NCBI GenBank assembly: GCA_036397035.1
Contig: DASWJS010000029.1
Span: 132 to 64,131 of the forward strand
DNA length: 64,000 nucleotides
DNA from: Actinomycetota bacterium
GTDB lineage: Bacteria > Actinomycetota > AC-67
Direction: 5' to 3'
This document shows, piece after piece, positions 40,835 to 51,382 of this stretch. Below the pieces are notes generated by a model. The model saw nothing but the letters and a program-made list of their open reading frames with translations. It was not told where the DNA came from and did not search any database. The translations under genes were made by a program, and so were the position numbers. Each line of letters opens with the position of its first letter. Within the stretch, counting starts at the first letter, position 1.

Positions 40835-41425
40835 TTGAGCGCCGAAGCCCGTCGCGCCCAGTTGCTGGACGTCGCGCGCGAGGTCTTCGCCGAGGACGGC
40901 TACCACGGCGCCGCGATGGAAAAGATCGCCCAGCGCGCGGGCGTGACGAAACCCGTCCTCTACCAGCACTTCTCGGGCAAGAAAGAGCTGTACGTGGCGC
41001 TGCTCGACAGCGACATGAACCGGCTGCTGGCTCACGTGACGGCGGCGATCGAGGCCGAGCAGGAGAACCGCGCCCGCATCGAGCAGGGGCTGACCGCCTA
41101 CTTCGAGTTCATCGAGCAGAACGTCGACACGTTCCGCCTGCTCTTCCGCGAGACGATGGGCGCCGACCCGGAGGTGCGCGAGTGCATCGACCGGTTCCAC
41201 GACGAGGCGGGCGGCCGCATCGGGGCGATCATCGCCGAGGACACCGGCGAGTCGCCCGAGCTGTGCGAGCTGCTCGCCCGCGGGCTGATCGGCATGAGCG
41301 AGGCGGCCGCGATGCGCTGGCTCGACCGTAAGCTCCGGGTGGCGCGCGACGACCTGGTGCGGAACCTGACCGCCGTGACGTGGCGCGGGCTCGCGGGACT
41401 TCCCATGCGCAAGGAGGAGCGGTAG
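40835..41425 (+). CDS. TetR/AcrR family transcriptional regulator
   Basis: HTH RRAQLLDVAREVFAEDGYHGAAMEKIAQRAGVTKPVLYQHF; start uncertain (TTG at 40835 or CTG at 40820 after a GGGAGGGAGAGAG SD). Confidence 0.75.
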   Translation: MSAEARRAQLLDVAREVFAEDGYHGAAMEKIAQRAGVTKPVLYQHFSGKKELYVALLDSDMNRLLAHVTAAIEAEQENRARIEQGLTAYFEFIEQNVDTFRLLFRETMGADPEVRECIDRFHDEAGGRIGAIIAEDTGESPELCELLARGLIGMSEAAAMRWLDRKLRVARDDLVRNLTAVTWRGLAGLPMRKEER

Positions 41426-42244
41426 GTGGCCAGAGGCGGATATCAGAAGCGACGGATCGAGGCCAAGCACGAACGCGAGCGGCTCGAGCGGCGGAAGGCC
41501 GCGCGCCGCCGCAAGATCGTCGCCGCCGCTTCGGTCGTCGGGGGGCTCGCCGTGATCGGCCTCATCGCGTGGGCGCTCCTGAGCCGTTCGAACACGCCGT
41601 CGCTCACCAACCCCGACGCCACCGGTAGCGAGCAACCGCTCGCCTTCCCCACGCCGTGCACGCCCGCCGGCCCCGAGACGCTCGGGCAGAAACAGTTCTC
41701 GGACCCGCCCTGCCAGGTCATCGACACGACGTCGAGCTACGCCGCGACGCTGGAGACCTCCAAGGGAGACATCGTCGTCAACCTGCTCGCCGCCGACGCG
41801 CCTGTAACGGTGAACAACTTCGTGTTCCTTGCCCAGAGCGGCTACTACGACGGCTCGGTGTTCCACCGCGTCATCCCCGGCTTCGGCGGGCCTGGCTCGA
41901 ACATGATCCAAGGCGGCGACGCGCAGAACGGCGACGGATCAGGCGGGCCGGGCTACCAGTTCGGCGACGAGAACCCCGCGCCGTTCGACGGCTCGGGCTT
42001 GCTGGCCATGGCGAACGCGGGGCCGGGCACGAACGGATCGCAGTTCTTCTTCGTGGACGGTGCGGTCGCTCACCTGAACGCGCCGGGCGCGTGCCCCGCG
42101 CCGTCGGGTTGCCATACCGTCTTCGCCCGGGTGGTCGACGGCCTGGAGGTCGTCGGCGCGATCGCAAACGTCAAGACGGGCGAGGGGGACCGGCCCGTGA
42201 ACGACGTGATCCTCGAGCGCGTCACTATCGAGGAGACCGCATAG
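41426..42244 (+). CDS. peptidyl-prolyl cis-trans isomerase, cyclophilin type, membrane-anchored
   Basis: N-terminal TM helix; FHRVIPGF...GGD...FFF cyclophilin motifs. Confidence 0.85.
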   Translation: MARGGYQKRRIEAKHERERLERRKAARRRKIVAAASVVGGLAVIGLIAWALLSRSNTPSLTNPDATGSEQPLAFPTPCTPAGPETLGQKQFSDPPCQVIDTTSSYAATLETSKGDIVVNLLAADAPVTVNNFVFLAQSGYYDGSVFHRVIPGFGGPGSNMIQGGDAQNGDGSGGPGYQFGDENPAPFDGSGLLAMANAGPGTNGSQFFFVDGAVAHLNAPGACPAPSGCHTVFARVVDGLEVVGAIANVKTGEGDRPVNDVILERVTIEETA

Positions 42245-42276
42245 AGAAGGAAGGCGGAATAGAGAAGGAGGGTCGA

Positions 42277-43080
42277 ATGACCGGCACCAGGCCCGCGCGG
42301 GGGCGCGTGCGCCCGGCGCGCGGTCCAAAGCCCGGTCGCGGCCCGCGCTCACCCGTCTGGAAGCCGCTCCTCGTCGTCCTGCTGGTGCCGTTCGCGGCCT
42401 CGGGAATCGTGCTCCTGGCGGGGGCCCTGCAATCGCCCCCGGCCTGCACGCCGCTCGGGCCCGCCATCGTCGGGAAGCAGAGCTTCGACGCTCCCCCCTG
42501 CCGCTTCATCGCGCGCGACTCCAAGTACATCGCGATCCTTGACACCTCCGCCGGCGAGGTCACGCTGCAGCTCGAGCCGCGCCTCGCCGACGACACGGTC
42601 AACAACTTCGTGTTCCTCGCCCTTGCGGGCTTCTACGACGGGATGAGGATCCATCGCGTCGAGAGCGACGAGGAGCACGCGTTCGTCCAGATGGGAGACC
42701 CGGGCGGCACCGGGCGCGGGAACGCCGGCTACGAGATCGAGGCCGAGACGCCGTCGCCGCTCGCCCGCTACGTCCGCGGCGTCGTGGCGATGGCCAAGCG
42801 CGTCGACCGCGACGTCGTCGGGAGCCAGTTCTTCATCGTCGTGCGCGACTACGCCGACATCGGCGAGAACCCGCGCGACCCGTTCTTCGGCATCGTCGCC
42901 AACCAGAACAGCCTCGCGGTGCTCGACCAGGTCGCCGAGGCGCCGCTGGACGAGGACGGCAGGCCGCTGGAGGACGTCGTGGTGCGCTCGGTGCGGATGC
43001 TGGAGGATCCTCTGGCGGACGACGAGGGGCCGCGGCCGATCCCGCTCGTCCAGCCGACCGACCTCCCGGACTGGCCCTAA
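42277..43080 (+). CDS. peptidyl-prolyl cis-trans isomerase, cyclophilin type, second membrane-anchored paralog
   Basis: GAAGGAGGG RBS; TM helix; cyclophilin core VNNFVFLA...HRV...FFIV. Confidence 0.8.
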   Translation: MTGTRPARGRVRPARGPKPGRGPRSPVWKPLLVVLLVPFAASGIVLLAGALQSPPACTPLGPAIVGKQSFDAPPCRFIARDSKYIAILDTSAGEVTLQLEPRLADDTVNNFVFLALAGFYDGMRIHRVESDEEHAFVQMGDPGGTGRGNAGYEIEAETPSPLARYVRGVVAMAKRVDRDVVGSQFFIVVRDYADIGENPRDPFFGIVANQNSLAVLDQVAEAPLDEDGRPLEDVVVRSVRMLEDPLADDEGPRPIPLVQPTDLPDWP

Positions 43081-46000
43081 GCGCCCGGGCGGCCGACGGA
43101 GAAGTAGCGCGCCTCGGGGTGGTGGACGACGATCGCGCTCGTCGATTGCTCGGGGTCGAGCTGGAACTCCTCGGTGAGCCGCACGCCGATGCGCTCGGGC
43201 CCGAGGAGCGTGAAGAGCTTCTCCTGGTCTTCCAGGTTCGGGCAGGCGGGGTAGCCGAACGAGTAGCGGCTGCCCCGATAGCCCTGGTCGAACAGCTCCT
43301 TCAGGTCGGTCGCGTCCGACCCCGCGATGCCAAGCTCCTCGCGGATGCGCTTGTGCCACAGCTCGGCGAGCGCCTCGGCCATCTCGACGCCGAAGCCGTG
43401 CATGTAGAGGTAATCCTGGTAGCGGTCGGCCTCGAACAGCTCGCGCGCGGCCTCGCTGACGTGCCGGCCCATCGTGACGACGTGGAACGCGACGACGTCG
43501 GGCTCGCCGCCGACGGGGCGGAAGAAGTCGGCCAGGCACAGACGCCGCTCGCGCGGCTGGCGCGGGAAGGTGAAGCGGACCCACTCGGTCTCGGCGTCCT
43601 CGCGGTAGACGATCAGGTCGTCGCCGTCCGAGCGCGCCGGGAAGTAGCCGTAGACGACCGCGGGCACCAGGATCTGCTCGGCGGTCGCGCGGGCGAGCAG
43701 CTCGCGCAGGACGGGCTCCGCGGTCTCGGCCAGGAACCGCTCGTAGTCCTCCGGCGACTGCTCCTTCCCTCGCTTCAGGCCCCACTGCCCGCGGAAGAGC
43801 GCCACGCGGTTGAGGTAGGCGGCCACGTCGGCGACGGGGACGCCTTTCACGACGCGGCTCCCGATGAAGGGGGGGCGCGGGACCGGCGCATCGGTCGCGA
43901 CGTCGGAACGGCCCGAGGTCGCGGGCGCGGCGGGGCGCGCGGCCTTCGCCACGCGCTTCTCCTTCACCGCCGCTTCCAGGGCCGGACCGCCCGCCCGCTC
44001 GGCTCCGAGCGCGTCCATCGTGCGCAGGCCCTCGAACGCGTCCCGGCCGTAGAACACGCGCCCGTTGTAAACCTTGCGCAGGTCGACCTCGACGTAGGAC
44101 CGGGTCAGCGCCGCGCCGCCGAGGATCACCGGAAATCGATCGAGCCCGCGCCGGTTCAGCTCCTCGAGGTTCTCGCGCATGACCAGCGTCGACTTCACGA
44201 GCAGGCCGGACATGCCGATCGCGTCGGCGGCGTGCTGCTCGGCGGCCTCGACGATCGTCGTGATCGGCTGCTTGATCCCGAGGTTGTGCACGGTGTAGCC
44301 GTTGTTGGACAGGATGATGTCCACGAGGTTCTTGCCGATGTCGTGCACGTCGCCCTTGACGGTCGCGAGCACGATCGTCCCCTTGCCGCCGCCGGCCGCC
44401 TTCTCCATCTTCGGCTCCAGGTGCGCGACCGCCGCCTTCATCGTCTCTGCGGACTGCAATACGAAGGGCAGTTGCATCTCGCCCGAGGCGAACAGGTCCC
44501 CGACCACCTTCATCCCGGCCAGCAGGTACTCGTTGATGATGTCGAGCGGCCCGTGCGTGACGAGGGCCTCGTCGAGGTCGCCGGTCAGCCCGTCGCGGTC
44601 GCCGTCGATGATCCGGCGCTTGAGCCGCTCCTCCAGCGGCAGGTGCGCGCGCTCCTCCTTCGCCGCCTTCGCCGTGTCGACGCCCTCGAACAGCCCGATG
44701 AACTCCTGCAACGGGTCGTAGCCGTCCTTGCGGCGGTCGTAGATCAGATCGAGCGCCACTTCGCGGGCGCGCGGCTCGATCCGGTTCATCGGAAGGATCT
44801 GGGCCGGCGACACGATGGCCATGTCCAGCCCGTGCGCGACCGCTTCGTGCAGGAACACCGAGTTCAAGACCTGGCGAGCCGCCGGCGACAGGCCGAAGGA
44901 GACGTTGGAGACGCCGAGGCTCGTGAACGCTCCGGGGAAGGCATCCTTCACGCGGCGCACGCCGTCGAGCGTCTCCAAGCCCGCGCGACGCAGCTCCTCC
45001 TGTCCGGTCGAGACCGGCAGCACGAGCACGTCGAAGATGAGGTCGCCCGGGCGCAAGCCGAACGAGCCGACCGCAACCTCGTAGATCTTGCGGCAGGCCT
45101 CCAGCTTCCAGGAGGCCGTCGTCGCCTGGCCCTCCTCGTCGATCGCGAGCGCGACCACCGCGGCCCCGTACTTCTTCGCGTTGCGCAGGTTGCGCTCGAT
45201 CCGCGTCTCGGGACCCAGTCCCTCCTCCAGGTTGATCGAGTTGATGACCGGCCGGCCGCCGAGCATCTTCAGACCGGCCTCGATCACCTCCGGCTCGGTC
45301 GAGTCCAGCACGATCGGCAGCGTGCACTGCGTGCGGAAGCGGGCCATGATCTCGCTCATGTCCGCGACGCCGTCGCGGCCGACGAAGTCCACGTTGACGT
45401 CGATCGCGTGCGCGCCCTCGCGCACCTGGTCCTGCGCGACCTTGACGGTCTGGTCCCAGTCCCCCGCGTCCACCAAGCCCTTGAACCGTCGCGAGCCCTG
45501 CGCGTTGCACCGCTCGCCGATCACGAAGAACGACGTGGACTGCCGGAACGGCTGCGGGACGTAGAGCGAGGCCGCCGCCGGCTCGAACTCCGCGGTCCGC
45601 GGTGGGCGGGGATGATCGCGCAGCGCGCGGACGAGCGCGTCGATGTATTCCGGCGTCGTGCCGCAGCAGCCGCCGACCGCGTTCACGCCGAACTCGCGCA
45701 CGAAGATCTCGTGATGGCGCACGAAGTCCTCGACGGTGAGCGTGTAGTGCGCGCGCCCCTCGCGCATCTCCGGCAGGCCCGCGTTGGGTTGCACGCTCAC
45801 GTGCCCGCCCCAGGTCTGGCAGACGTAGCGCACGTGCTCGATCATCTCGACGGGGCCCGTCGCGCAGTTGATGCCGAGCGAATCGACGACGTCGAACGCC
45901 TGGATCGTGGCGACGGCCGCGCCGATCTCGGACCCGAGCAGCATGGTGCCCTCGGGCTGAATGGTCACCTGCGCCATCAGCGGCACCCGAACGCCCGCGT

Positions 46001-46529
46001 CGTCGAACGCCCGCGCGCACGCGGCGATCGCCGCCTTGACCTGGAGCAGGTCGTAGCAGGTCTCGATCAGCAGGGCGTCGACGCCGCCGTCGATCAGCGC
46101 GCGCGCCTGGAGCGCGTAGGACTCCTCCAGCGCGTCGAAGGTCGCGTTCCCAAGCGTCGGGAGCTGCGTCCCCGGCCCGATCGAGCCGACGACCCATCGG
46201 GGACGGCCGTCGCCCACTCCCTCGACCGCTTCCCGGGCGAGCCGGGCGCCGATCAGGTTGAGGTCGCGCACCCGCGCCGCGTCGTTGCCGAACTCGGCCT
46301 GGACGATCAGGTTCGCGCCGAAGGTGTTCGTCTCGACGCAGTCCGCTCCGGCCGCCAGGTAGCGCGCGTGGATGTCCCGGATGACCTCGGGACGCGACAG
46401 GTTGAGGATCTCGGAGTTGTTCTCCTGTCCGAGGTAGTCGTCGAGCGTGACGTCGGCCGCGTGGATCTGCGTGCCCATCGCGCCGTCGAAGATCAGGACG
46501 CGCTCGTCCAGCGCTTCGAGGAAGCTCAC
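43077..46529 (-). CDS. metH: cobalamin-dependent methionine synthase
   Basis: 1150 aa; homocysteine-binding, pterin-binding, B12-binding and AdoMet activation domains recognisable. Confidence 0.95.
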   Translation of the reverse strand: MSFLEALDERVLIFDGAMGTQIHAADVTLDDYLGQENNSEILNLSRPEVIRDIHARYLAAGADCVETNTFGANLIVQAEFGNDAARVRDLNLIGARLAREAVEGVGDGRPRWVVGSIGPGTQLPTLGNATFDALEESYALQARALIDGGVDALLIETCYDLLQVKAAIAACARAFDDAGVRVPLMAQVTIQPEGTMLLGSEIGAAVATIQAFDVVDSLGINCATGPVEMIEHVRYVCQTWGGHVSVQPNAGLPEMREGRAHYTLTVEDFVRHHEIFVREFGVNAVGGCCGTTPEYIDALVRALRDHPRPPRTAEFEPAAASLYVPQPFRQSTSFFVIGERCNAQGSRRFKGLVDAGDWDQTVKVAQDQVREGAHAIDVNVDFVGRDGVADMSEIMARFRTQCTLPIVLDSTEPEVIEAGLKMLGGRPVINSINLEEGLGPETRIERNLRNAKKYGAAVVALAIDEEGQATTASWKLEACRKIYEVAVGSFGLRPGDLIFDVLVLPVSTGQEELRRAGLETLDGVRRVKDAFPGAFTSLGVSNVSFGLSPAARQVLNSVFLHEAVAHGLDMAIVSPAQILPMNRIEPRAREVALDLIYDRRKDGYDPLQEFIGLFEGVDTAKAAKEERAHLPLEERLKRRIIDGDRDGLTGDLDEALVTHGPLDIINEYLLAGMKVVGDLFASGEMQLPFVLQSAETMKAAVAHLEPKMEKAAGGGKGTIVLATVKGDVHDIGKNLVDIILSNNGYTVHNLGIKQPITTIVEAAEQHAADAIGMSGLLVKSTLVMRENLEELNRRGLDRFPVILGGAALTRSYVEVDLRKVYNGRVFYGRDAFEGLRTMDALGAERAGGPALEAAVKEKRVAKAARPAAPATSGRSDVATDAPVPRPPFIGSRVVKGVPVADVAAYLNRVALFRGQWGLKRGKEQSPEDYERFLAETAEPVLRELLARATAEQILVPAVVYGYFPARSDGDDLIVYREDAETEWVRFTFPRQPRERRLCLADFFRPVGGEPDVVAFHVVTMGRHVSEAARELFEADRYQDYLYMHGFGVEMAEALAELWHKRIREELGIAGSDATDLKELFDQGYRGSRYSFGYPACPNLEDQEKLFTLLGPERIGVRLTEEFQLDPEQSTSAIVVHHPEARYFSVGRPGA

Positions 46530-46548
46530 GCCTCGCGTGTGAGTGGCG

Positions 46549-47100
46549 CTAGAAGGGAAGGTTCTCCTCCGGAACGTCGACGACCATCGGGCTGTTCTGG
46601 TCCCGCTCCGATAATAGCGGCTGCGCCTCGAAGGGCCAGGTGATTTCGAGGGCCGGGTCGTCCCAGAAGATGCTGTGCTCGTCGGTGCCGTCGAACGCCT
46701 GGTCCACCATGTAGAGCAGCGTCAGGTCGGTCACGGCGTAGAAGCCGTGCGCCACGCCCGGCGGAATGTAGATGCCGACGTCGTCGCCTTCCTTGATCTC
46801 CAGGGTCTCGGACTTCTCGGCGGTCTTCGACGAGCCGCGGAAGTCGAACAGGGCGATGAACGCGGTGCCCTCGGCGACGAACCAGTAATCGGCCTGGAAG
46901 AGGTGGTAGTGCATCCCGCGAAGGACGCCGTTCTTCGACCGCGAGCGGTTCATCTGCACGACGCCCTTCGCGCCCGGGATCCACTCGCTTCGGAAGACCT
47001 CGGTGAACGAGCCGCGCTCGTCCGCGATCGGTTTTGGGTGTACGAACGTGACGCCGTCGATGACGTCGGACGGCGTGGTGACTGCGAACTCGGTCTCCAT
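46549..47100 (-). CDS. rmlC: dTDP-4-dehydrorhamnose 3,5-epimerase
   Basis: RGSFTEVFR...GVLRGMHYH... cupin pattern of RmlC; 183 aa. Confidence 0.85.
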   Translation of the reverse strand: METEFAVTTPSDVIDGVTFVHPKPIADERGSFTEVFRSEWIPGAKGVVQMNRSRSKNGVLRGMHYHLFQADYWFVAEGTAFIALFDFRGSSKTAEKSETLEIKEGDDVGIYIPPGVAHGFYAVTDLTLLYMVDQAFDGTDEHSIFWDDPALEITWPFEAQPLLSERDQNSPMVVDVPEENLPF

Positions 47101-47189
47101 CGGGCGGGCAGTCTACAGGAGCGATACCGGCATCGCTGACGGCGGCCGGGAGCCGTTCCCGCAGGCCAGGCGTGGTACGGTCCGGGTTC

Positions 47190-47402
47190 ATGTGCAGGAG
47201 CATCAAGCGCCTTCGCGACGGCGAGGTCGCGGCGTCGGATCAGGAGATCGAAGAGGCGGCGCTGCAATTCGTGCGCAAAGTGAGCGGCTTCCGGGCGCCG
47301 TCCCCTCGCAACGAGGAAGCCTTCAACAAGGCCGTCGCGGACGTCGCCCGCGCCTCCAAGGAGATGCTGGGCACGCTGAAGGTCCGGCCCGGCCGCGCCT
47401 AG
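47190..47402 (+). CDS. DUF2277 family small protein
   Basis: MCRSIKRLRDGEVAASDQEIEEAALQFVRKVSGF... matches the conserved actinobacterial DUF2277 pattern. Confidence 0.6.
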   Translation: MCRSIKRLRDGEVAASDQEIEEAALQFVRKVSGFRAPSPRNEEAFNKAVADVARASKEMLGTLKVRPGRA

Positions 47403-47403
47403 C

Positions 47404-48414
47404 GTGCACGAGCGCGAGACCGCCGTCGCGCTCGCCAACATCGGGGCGCTGGCGCACGGTCCGGTCCTTCTCGTGGATCTATGGGGCCCCGCGCTTCCCG
47501 CGGCGCTCGCCGAGCGCGGCGTCCCGGCAACGTCATTCCACACCGACCTGCGAGGCGCGCGATCCACGCCGGGCAGCGTCTTCGGCCCGTGGCTGGACGA
47601 CGGGAGCTACCAAACGATCCTCGTGGCCCTGCCCGCCGCAGCCGGGCGGCTTCGCATGCTGCTCCGCCTGACAAGGGCGCGCCTCGTCCCCGGCGGCACG
47701 ATCTACGTCGTCGGGGCCAACGACTCGGGCATCAGGTCGGCAGCACGCCACCTCGCCGACCTCGTGGGGGAGCCGGCCGTCGTCGACGCCCGGCGTCACT
47801 GTCGCCTGCTGCGCGCGAGCCGCGCCGAGCCGGTCCCCGCGGCGCTCGACGAGGAACGGTCCACGTTCACCGCCGTCCTCGCAGGCGAGCCGGCCACGGT
47901 CACGTCCTTCCCGGGCCTGTTCGCGCACGGACGCCTCGATCCCGGAACCGGCCTGCTGCTGGACACGATCGAGCGCGTGGGTGAAGCCCGCGTCCTGGAC
48001 GTCGGCTGCGGGAGCGGCGCGCTGAGCCTCGGCCTCGCTCGCATGGGCGCGAGCGTGACCGCCGTGGACTCCGATGCCCTCGCGATCGAAGCAACGCGGG
48101 CGACGCTCGGAATCCAAGCCCGGCGAGCGACGCTCGCGCCGGACGCAACGGTGATCGCATCCGACGTCTACTCCGACGTTGAGGGGCCTTTCGACCTCAT
48201 CGCGAGCAACCCGCCCTTCCACCTCGGCGCGCGAACGCACCATCGCGTGACCGAGCGCATTGTCGCCGGGGCGCCGCAGCGCCTGGCGCGCGGCGGCACC
48301 CTCTGGCTCGTCACGAACCGGCATCTGCCCACCGGCCGATTGCTCGGGGAGACCTTCGCGTCGGTCACGTCCGCAGCCCAAACCGACCGCTACCGCGTCT
48401 GGCGCGCCCGATAG
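47404..48414 (+). CDS. class I SAM-dependent methyltransferase with methyltransferase-small domain (16S rRNA m2G methyltransferase RsmC/RsmD-like)
   Basis: LDVGCGSG and IASNPPFH motifs; GTG start overlapping the upstream stop. Confidence 0.65.
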   Translation: MHERETAVALANIGALAHGPVLLVDLWGPALPAALAERGVPATSFHTDLRGARSTPGSVFGPWLDDGSYQTILVALPAAAGRLRMLLRLTRARLVPGGTIYVVGANDSGIRSAARHLADLVGEPAVVDARRHCRLLRASRAEPVPAALDEERSTFTAVLAGEPATVTSFPGLFAHGRLDPGTGLLLDTIERVGEARVLDVGCGSGALSLGLARMGASVTAVDSDALAIEATRATLGIQARRATLAPDATVIASDVYSDVEGPFDLIASNPPFHLGARTHHRVTERIVAGAPQRLARGGTLWLVTNRHLPTGRLLGETFASVTSAAQTDRYRVWRAR

Positions 48415-48720
48415 GCCACACGCTCCTGGATGAGCCGTAGCTTTCGGGAGTGCCAGACTCCACAACCCCAGCAAGCATGTCGATCCGAACTACTGGCGCT
48501 TCTAGGATTCGGTGAAGGTTCGCGGAGATTGGCGCGATCCTTCTGTGTGAACTGCACGTAGAATCGCGCGCGGGCGGATCGAGGCATGCCGCCCTCAGCG
48601 TCGAAATAGCCACGCGCATAGGCAAGTCCTTCATCGGTGCCGACAAGGGCGGCCGCGTCGAAACCGATGTCGAGGAACGGCGCGGATGTTTCGACCACCC
48701 AGAAGTCACGGTCCCTGCCC
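48415..48720 (-). pseudogene. decayed LAGLIDADG-family homing endonuclease remnant (I-CreI-like), frameshifted
   Basis: Frame A reads ...GLAYARGYFDAEGG...FYVQFTQKDRANL (compare I-CreI LAGFVDGDGS...FQVTQKTQRRWFL); shifted frame B reads ...RIDMLAGVVESGT; no start codon; apparently lower GC than its surroundings. Confidence 0.3.
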
Positions 48721-48799
48721 TCACGGTAGATCCAGGCGGCGCAGCGCGGCAGCTCCTTCTCTGCGCCACTGATCCACACCGGAGAGAGTAGAAGCAGGC

Positions 48800-48839
48800 A
48801 GGGACGGAAAAGCAGCGAAGGCGCTTCCGCGGAAGCGCC
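48800..48839 (-). terminator. intrinsic terminator downstream of the 16S rRNA gene
   Basis: Perfect palindrome GGCGCTTC-CGCG-GAAGCGCC followed by UUCGCUGCUUUUCC on the minus strand. Confidence 0.6.
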
Positions 48840-48850
48840 TTCCACGACTG

Positions 48851-48873
48851 TGCCAACAACTGCATAGCGAGGA
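48851..48873. repeat. 3' half of 16S flanking processing stem (inverted repeat partner of 50859..50883)
   Basis: tgccaacaactgcatagcgagga is the reverse complement of tcctcgctatgcagttgtcaaggca, with a small bulge. Confidence 0.7.
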
Positions 48874-48908
48874 ATGAGAGAGCAGGTTCCCTTCTTGGAG
48901 TAGTTACT

Positions 48909-50706
<1,798 letters not shown>

Positions 50707-50858
50707 TCGAAATCCTCACCACCGCCGAAGCGATGGTTCAGGTTCAACGGATAAAGGAATACCGTGTTGCCACGGTACGGGTTCCCGCTCTCTCTTCAAG
50801 CGTGGTTCTCGGGCTCGGCTCCCCGGCGTTGCCGCCGCGGAGCTTCGCACGTGCTCGT

Positions 50859-50883
50859 CCTCGCTATGCAGTTGTCAAGGCAC
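50859..50883. repeat. 5' half of 16S flanking processing stem (leader side)
   Basis: Reverse complement of 48851..48873. Confidence 0.7.
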
Positions 50884-50974
50884 AGGCGTCCGCAGGGCTC
50901 ACTGGTAGGTGGGCCTCCCTCAGCGGGATTGCGGTTTCGATTCTGAAGCCGTCCCGGTGGGACGGCGGAGAGAT

Positions 50975-51001
50975 AGTATATCCCACGCCCCGGGAAGGCA
51001 A
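50975..51001 (-). promoter_or_regulatory. candidate rRNA promoter
   Basis: TTGCCT, a 15-nt spacer, then TATACT on the minus strand, about 95 nt upstream of the processing stem; the spacer is slightly short. Confidence 0.3.
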
Positions 51002-51050
51002 CAGCCCGCTCGGGGCCACGAGCAGGCGTTTCTCCGGGGGAGGGAGTCCG

Positions 51051-51368
51051 ATGCCCAAGGTAGGCGACCGCGTGATCATCGAGGGACAGAAGCTCGGCCA
51101 GGTTCGGCGGGAGGGCAAGCTCTTGGAGCGGGTCGGAACCCTGCTGAAGATTCGCTGGAACGACGGCTCTGAGTCGCTGCTGACGCCGGGGGCGGGCACG
51201 ATCAGGTTCGAGCCCAGCTCCGGCAAGGGTGCCGCCACGCGGGCCGCTTCCGGCCGGGCGCCGGCCGCGAAGGGCGCCGCCAAGAGCGCGCGCGCGACGA
51301 AGTCCGCAGCGTCGCCCAACGGCGCCAAGAAAGGCTCCACTGCCAAGGGCAAGAAGAAGAAGAGGTGA
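51051..51368 (+). CDS. DUF1918 family protein with Lys/Ala-rich C-terminal tail
   Basis: GGGGGAGGGAG RBS; MPKVGDRVIIEGQKLGQVRREGKLLERVG..IRWNDGSESLLTPG matches the DUF1918 pattern; AKKGSTAKGKKKKR tail. Confidence 0.65.
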   Translation: MPKVGDRVIIEGQKLGQVRREGKLLERVGTLLKIRWNDGSESLLTPGAGTIRFEPSSGKGAATRAASGRAPAAKGAAKSARATKSAASPNGAKKGSTAKGKKKKR

Positions 51369-51382
51369 AGAAGTAGGCGGGT

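Noticed and set aside
43119-46643. 1174-aa ORF on + strand
   Set aside because: Antisense to metH, whose product is unmistakable.
50866-50884. TTGACA-like hexamer upstream of 16S as a promoter -35
   Set aside because: It is part of the 23-25 nt inverted repeat forming the rRNA processing stem with 48851..48873, and no -10 lies at proper spacing.
50733-51050. N-terminal 106 codons of ORF 50733..51368
   Set aside because: This stretch overlaps the rRNA leader and promoter. The conserved DUF1918 sequence starts at the internal ATG 51051, which has a strong SD.
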